Below are positions 59,122-64,000 of a stretch of 64,000 nt of DNA, piece after piece (within the stretch, counting starts at the first letter, position 1; each line of letters starts with the position of its first letter). This DNA comes from an uncultured delta proteobacterium (GTDB lineage Bacteria > Myxococcota > Kuafuiibacteriia > Kuafuiibacteriales > Kuafuiibacteriaceae): positions 32,001 to 96,000 of the forward strand of contig CAWDML010000006.1 of NCBI GenBank assembly GCA_963803435.1, read 5' to 3'. The notes below the pieces were generated by a model. That model ran no database searches, was not told the origin of the DNA, and saw only the letters and a list, made by a program, of their open reading frames with translations. The translations under genes were made by a program, and so were the position numbers.

Positions 59122-60414
59122 CTACTTTTCCCGACCGTGGGGGTCGCCCATCGAGACTCGCCCCGCCTCCTCTGACACGCTGACTGCGCCCTGATGCGCG
59201 TTTTCGCGCGAGAGTGAGAGCGCACCTTCCGCCTGTCGCCCGCAGCGCGCCTGGATCGCTCCGATCGCTTCGCGCACAGGTCCTCTCAGCCCAAAGTCTT
59301 TGATGCGCGCCAGGTGGGGGATGGCGTCGAGATCCCCGGCGCGACCGAGCGCGTCGATCGCCGCCTGTCGAACTCCGCGCTGGTTCGCGCACGAGAGCTC
59401 GATGAGGAGTTGCTGCGCCGAGGTCCCGCCGATTCGCCCCAGCGCGGTGGCGACTCTCTCCACCACCGCCGGCTCCCGAGTCCGCGCCAGAGTCCTCAGC
59501 GTGGCGGAGGCTTCACGGTGCCGCCAGGCGCCGATCGTCTCCACGGCCATCGAGCAGATCTCCGTGCTCCGCTGTCCGAGACCGTCCTCCACCAGCGGCA
59601 GCGCCCGATCCCGACCGAACGTCAGCGCCAGATGTCGCAGCGCCTCGGCCCGATAGCGGCTCGAGGTCTTCCGGTCCTTGTAGAGCGCGACCGCCTCCTC
59701 CCAGCCGCCCGAGCGCAGCGCCTTCACACCGGCGAGCCGGATCTCCGGGTTGAGATCGGAGACGGCGCGCTGAATGGCCCGGTGACGGATCGGATCGGCG
59801 GCTTCGTAGAGCAGCACCTTGAAGAGGCGCTCGCGAACGCTCGGATCGCGCTCGAGCTCGAAGTTGTCGAGCAGCCGTTCGCCGATCGGCCCGGTCCACG
59901 TCATTCGCTCGAAGAGATCGACGGCGTCGCGGATCACCTCGACCACGTCCGGGACCGAGCGCGGGCGTGGAAACGAGAGCGTGAGACGCCCGTCGCGCAC
60001 GACCACGCGGCCGTCCTCGGCGAGCCGGCCCAACCGGATGCGGGCCACGGGTGTCAGCGCGGCGAGGACGCTGGTGGTGCTCCCGACGAGGCTCACGCGG
60101 CTGTCGAAGTGGAAGTCGCCGGTCTCGATCTCGCCGTTCCGCGGGATGAGCCCGCGCCGCGCGATCGAGAGATCGTAGGGCAGCCGGCCGCCGTCGATCT
60201 CGATGCGCATCGTCTCGCCGGCGGCGAGCGAGACCTCCACCTGACCGCTCGAGATCCGTCCGACGATCCGGCCCAGCGTCCCGAAGATGCCCGGGACATA
60301 GTCGAGCCCCAGCTCCGTCGCCGCGGCGCGCCAGCTCGCGACGATCCGCCGGATCACCGGTGCGATCACCAGGAGCGCAGCCGCCGGCGGCACCAGGATG
60401 AAGAGGAACTCCAC
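59122..60414 (-). CDS. HEAT-repeat membrane protein
   Basis: N-terminal TM, TGDFHFD, repeated VR.AA..ALG helices, GALSL tail. Confidence 0.75.
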   Translation of the reverse strand: MEFLFILVPPAAALLVIAPVIRRIVASWRAAATELGLDYVPGIFGTLGRIVGRISSGQVEVSLAAGETMRIEIDGGRLPYDLSIARRGLIPRNGEIETGDFHFDSRVSLVGSTTSVLAALTPVARIRLGRLAEDGRVVVRDGRLTLSFPRPRSVPDVVEVIRDAVDLFERMTWTGPIGERLLDNFELERDPSVRERLFKVLLYEAADPIRHRAIQRAVSDLNPEIRLAGVKALRSGGWEEAVALYKDRKTSSRYRAEALRHLALTFGRDRALPLVEDGLGQRSTEICSMAVETIGAWRHREASATLRTLARTREPAVVERVATALGRIGGTSAQQLLIELSCANQRGVRQAAIDALGRAGDLDAIPHLARIKDFGLRGPVREAIGAIQARCGRQAEGALSLSRENAHQGAVSVSEEAGRVSMGDPHGREK

Positions 60415-60465
60415 GGGCTCCTCCCAGCTTATCCTGCGCGACCGGAGGGAAGGAATCGCTGTAGT

Positions 60466-61411
60466 ATGGCCGGAATGTCCGAGTCGCCGTTCGCCCCGCC
60501 GTCGGTCGAAGAGCCTCCGGCACCCTTTGCCCCGACGGCCGACACCGAGATTCCGCCAGGGCCGCGCATCGGCGGCGCGATCCTGATCGCGAACGCAGTG
60601 CTCTCGCTCGCGGTCTTCGCCACCTCGCCCAGCGAGATGCCCACGGGTGTGGCTCCGGTGATCATCGACGCGGTCATCGGCACGTCGCTCATCCTCGGCA
60701 AGAAGCGGTTCCTGGTCTGGGCCCAGCTGCGCGTCGTCCTCGGCCTGTTGATCTTCGGCGCCACCAGCATCGCCGGCGGCGACTACTACTCCGTGATCTT
60801 TCAGGCGGTCCTCTCGATCTCGCTGCTGGGACTCTTGTTCGGCACCCCGTCGGGGGCGCGGATCGGTGTGTCCGTCACGGCCAGCAGCCTCTGCATGATC
60901 CTGGCGGTCGTCGGCCTGCTCGGCGGCCGGATTCTCGCTCTTCAACCCCTATCTCGGCCAGCTCGAGGACGTGCCCGGTGGCCGGATCGTCCGCAGCGAT
61001 TACCAGCTGGCAGTCCCCGACGCGTGGAAGCTCCGCAAGACCTCGTTCGCCGCCAAGGACAACGCCGCCGCCGAGGTCTGGCTGGTCCACGCGGCGAGCG
61101 ACAGCCACGTGCTCGTCATCCCCGAGCGCCTCGGCCCGGACGTGACCGTCGATCTCGACACCTTCCACGACAACGTGCTGGCCAACCTCGGGCAGACCGT
61201 CTCGGGGCTCGAAGTGCGGGACACCCGACCGAGCGAGGGCGGCCTCACCATCGAGAGCCGGGGCACGGTGGATGGTCTCGCGCTCGACTACATCCACCGA
61301 CTGTACGTGTCGGGCGGGTTCGCGGCGCAGGTGGTGGCGTTCGGTCCCTCGGGGCAGCTCGCGCCGGATACCCAGGCGATCGTCGACTCGTTTGCCTACG
61401 GATCCGACTAG
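60466..61411 (+). CDS. Membrane hypothetical protein (frameshift near 60945)
   Basis: SPFAPP, several TM segments, soluble C-terminal domain in a second frame. Confidence 0.6.
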
Positions 61412-61452
61412 CCTGGGAAGATCCGATCGACAGCGGTGGGTTCGTAGCTACG

Positions 61453-63066
61453 ATGGGGACCGGAGTGAGCGATACCGCCCCCAAGCCCTCCGGCTATCCG
61501 ACCGTCTTCAACCTTCTCCTCATCCTCGTGGTGCCCCTCGGCTTCGTGACGGCCACGTTCGCGATGATCGCCGCGCTCCCGATCGGGGAGCTGGCCTACC
61601 GGATCGCAGCGGCGGCGCTGGTCGCTCTCATCCCCCTCTTTCTCGCGTTCCGCGCCTCCGCGGAGCTGAAGCGCCGGCGGCTTCGCGGTCTCGCCCGCGC
61701 GCCCATCGCGATCGTCCTGATCCTCCTCGGCGATACGGCGATCGTCGGCGCCCTCTACCAGTGGCGCGGCTTTCGTCCGCCGGATCTGATCCGCGTGGCC
61801 GATCACCTTCACCGCGTCTATCTCCTGGGCGAGTCGCCGGAGCCGCTCGCGGCCATCGAGCCGCGGCCTCCGCTCTACGAGATCTACGATCACAACCTGC
61901 CCGTCCCCTCGGCGGCCGAGCAGGTGCTGCTCTCCCGCGACGCCAAACCGGGCGTGTCCGGGATCGAGATCTGGTCGACGGACGGACACCTGCGGGCCCG
62001 CTTCCTGGGCCCCGCCGCGCATGCTGATCAGGTGACCTTCCTCGACGATCATCGCGTCCTCGCGGTCCGATCCACGGGCGGCGCGGTGCTGCTCGACGCC
62101 GACAAGAACGCGCTGCTCCGATCGCTGGACGTCCCCGAGCCGCTGGTGGAGGTTCAAGTCCAGACCAGCACCCACGCGCTGGTGGTGTCCGGCAAGGTGG
62201 AGACGAGCGGTGAGATCGCGGTCCACTACTTCGATCTCGAGAGCGGCGAGCGGACCGCCTCCTTCCAGTCGAAGACCTACCAAGCCACCGCGGTGACGGC
62301 CGATCTACGGCGGATCCTGATCGTCGATCGGACGAGGAAGGGAGAGCTCCTGTTGAGCGCCTTCGCGCTCCCGACCGGTCAGCCGGAGGCCAACTTCCCG
62401 AAGGCGATCCTGGTCGACGCAAAGCGACGCAAGCTGAAGGCGATCACGAGCATGGTCGCGCTCGGCGACGGCGAGCAGGCGATGATCTTCCAGGGCACAT
62501 CCGCGCAGATCTGGGACGTGATCCACAGGAAGCCCCTCCCCTTCGCACTGACGAAGACAAAGCTCTACCCGTACGCGGTGGCGCCCGGCGGTCGTACCTA
62601 CTTTCACCGGCGCGTCGATGCGGGCGATCCCAACCCGACGGGGCTCTACCGCCTCCCGGCCGGCACCGCGATCGACGAGCTGCCGACGCGCGGTCAGCCG
62701 CCGCGGGCGTTCTTCCTCGCGGACGGCCGTTCGGTCGCGGTAGGCCCGGTCGTGCTGTCGACGGCGAACGGCCGGCTGATTGCGGGGACGATGCCCGACG
62801 CCTTCTCCCTCGATCGCGATCGTTTCATCGTGCCAGCCCGCGACGGCTCTGCGTTCCTCACGCGCGGAGACGGCGGCGTGGTCACCGTGGAAAACGCGCG
62901 ACTCTCGCGCACCGGTGTGGTCCCGCTGCGCTCGGAGGACCCGGGCGCGGCGTACGCGGTCTCCAACGGCGGCAAGCTGTGTGCGGTGCTCGTGGTCTAT
63001 CCTGCCGGCGATTGGTGGAAGGTGCTCGAGCAGCTCGATCGGTGGCAGCCCCCGCCCTCTACTTGA
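61453..63066 (+). CDS. Membrane-anchored beta-propeller-like hypothetical protein
   Basis: Three TM segments then WD-like repeats (IEIWS, QIWDV). Confidence 0.65.
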   Translation: MGTGVSDTAPKPSGYPTVFNLLLILVVPLGFVTATFAMIAALPIGELAYRIAAAALVALIPLFLAFRASAELKRRRLRGLARAPIAIVLILLGDTAIVGALYQWRGFRPPDLIRVADHLHRVYLLGESPEPLAAIEPRPPLYEIYDHNLPVPSAAEQVLLSRDAKPGVSGIEIWSTDGHLRARFLGPAAHADQVTFLDDHRVLAVRSTGGAVLLDADKNALLRSLDVPEPLVEVQVQTSTHALVVSGKVETSGEIAVHYFDLESGERTASFQSKTYQATAVTADLRRILIVDRTRKGELLLSAFALPTGQPEANFPKAILVDAKRRKLKAITSMVALGDGEQAMIFQGTSAQIWDVIHRKPLPFALTKTKLYPYAVAPGGRTYFHRRVDAGDPNPTGLYRLPAGTAIDELPTRGQPPRAFFLADGRSVAVGPVVLSTANGRLIAGTMPDAFSLDRDRFIVPARDGSAFLTRGDGGVVTVENARLSRTGVVPLRSEDPGAAYAVSNGGKLCAVLVVYPAGDWWKVLEQLDRWQPPPST

Positions 63067-63092
63067 TCTCGCGGGCGGCGGGCCGTACCACG

Positions 63093-63545
63093 ATGAGCGT
63101 GGACCGCCACGAGTATCCAGAGGATTGGCAGCCGGGGGACTGGATCGTCCCCACCGCCGGCGGCCACGCCGTCATCCGCCACGGGCACCAGGATCCGAAC
63201 GATCACAGCGCCTGCGGGCCCACGCTCTTCTGCTGCGCCCGCGCCGCGCGACTGTTCTCGAAGGCGTTCACCGATGCTCCGGAGAGCAAGGCCAAGTGGC
63301 AGCTGATCGACGGCCCCACGATCCTTTCCTGGCTCGACGGCGGCGTCAGCGTGACCTACTTCGTGTTCTGCGATCCGGAGAGCGACACCGAGCTCCGCGC
63401 GGTCGGCGTCTCGGAGGTGGGCAACGTTCGCGACGTGATCAAGAAGGCGATCCCGCTCGAGCGGTACCTCGACGACGCCAACGTGCTCGAGGTCCTCCCG
63501 GAGAACGACATCATCTTCAAGCTGCTAAGCGAACGCAGCCAGTAG
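63093..63545 (+). CDS. Hypothetical protein
   Basis: Intact ORF with typical codon bias. Confidence 0.6.
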   Translation: MSVDRHEYPEDWQPGDWIVPTAGGHAVIRHGHQDPNDHSACGPTLFCCARAARLFSKAFTDAPESKAKWQLIDGPTILSWLDGGVSVTYFVFCDPESDTELRAVGVSEVGNVRDVIKKAIPLERYLDDANVLEVLPENDIIFKLLSERSQ

Positions 63546-64000
63546 ATACGCGAGGAGGGCGGCGAACAGGATCGCGTTTCCGATCTTGGTGACGCCGTTG
63601 ATCCGCCGAAATCTCGGGTCGTCCGCCGAGGCGAACCAGAGCCCGGCGTCGCCGGTGGTCTTCCCCTCGACAGCGCCGTGAAACGCGATCGCGTAGTAGG
63701 TCTCGAAGAGCACGCTCACCAGGAGCACCGCGACGAATCCGAGCGTCAGGCGGTCGAGCGGCGTGGTGAGCCCGCCGAGGACGGAGGCCTCGACCACCGC
63801 CCAGGCGACGATCGCGAGCGCGCAGGAGAGGTCGTGCGCGATGCCGTAGGGCGGCCGCCAGGTCTTCGTCCCGTACATCATCACGAGCTCGGCCACGCCG
63901 CGGATCCACATCATCCCGGCGAAGAGCGCCAGCACTGTGCGGAGCGAGCCGTGAAGCCTCGGCTCGAGCGCGAGGATCGGCGAGAGAAAGAACCAGACGA
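63525..64000 (-). CDS. Membrane hypothetical protein (5' end beyond window)
   Basis: TM segments, WRPPYGIAHD, WFAS. Confidence 0.65.
   Translation of the reverse strand, partial: VWFFLSPILALEPRLHGSLRTVLALFAGMMWIRGVAELVMMYGTKTWRPPYGIAHDLSCALAIVAWAVVEASVLGGLTTPLDRLTLGFVAVLLVSVLFETYYAIAFHGAVEGKTTGDAGLWFASADDPRFRRINGVTKIGNAILFAALLAYLLAAFA

Noticed and set aside
59314-63066. 1250-aa single ORF
   Set aside because: Concatenation of an antisense shadow, a frameshifted membrane gene and a separate gene starting at 61453

Overview
High-GC DNA with myxobacterial-type content (MYXO-CTERM proteins, Ser/Thr kinases with PEGA domains, sigma54 activator). Two compartments. (1) 1-~43.9 kb is a mosaic accessory island ending at an integrase remnant beside tRNA-Phe(GAA) (43941-44016, minus). 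It holds a ~21 kb sugar-tailoring cluster (GT2, GT4s, P-loop kinases, arylsulfotransferase, two radical SAM enzymes, creatininase-family amidohydrolase, HAD, FkbM and TylF/NovP methyltransferases, two carbamoyltransferases, epimerase) with an inverted diverged duplicate of a three-gene module; a tandem matrixin/MYXO-CTERM locus; an intact RIT (three tyrosine recombinase) element splitting an AAA ATPase gene; Mu-like, IS1182 and IS91 remnants; a four-helix-bundle gene cassette enclosed by ~66-bp hexamer-repeat inverted repeats; kinase/sigma54 signalling genes; an orphan colicin E3-like RNase/immunity pair; many truncated fragments. (2) 44-64 kb looks like core chromosome (TonB receptor, pseudokinase, LpoB-like lipoprotein, MBL hydrolase, deoxyhypusine synthase-like enzyme, large amidohydrolase surface protein, PilZ/J-like and HEAT proteins). 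Frameshifts occur in both parts, so some are probably sequencing errors. A recurring GATCG>GATTG change produces three in-frame TGA codons. All family calls come from motif recognition by eye; no searches were run.
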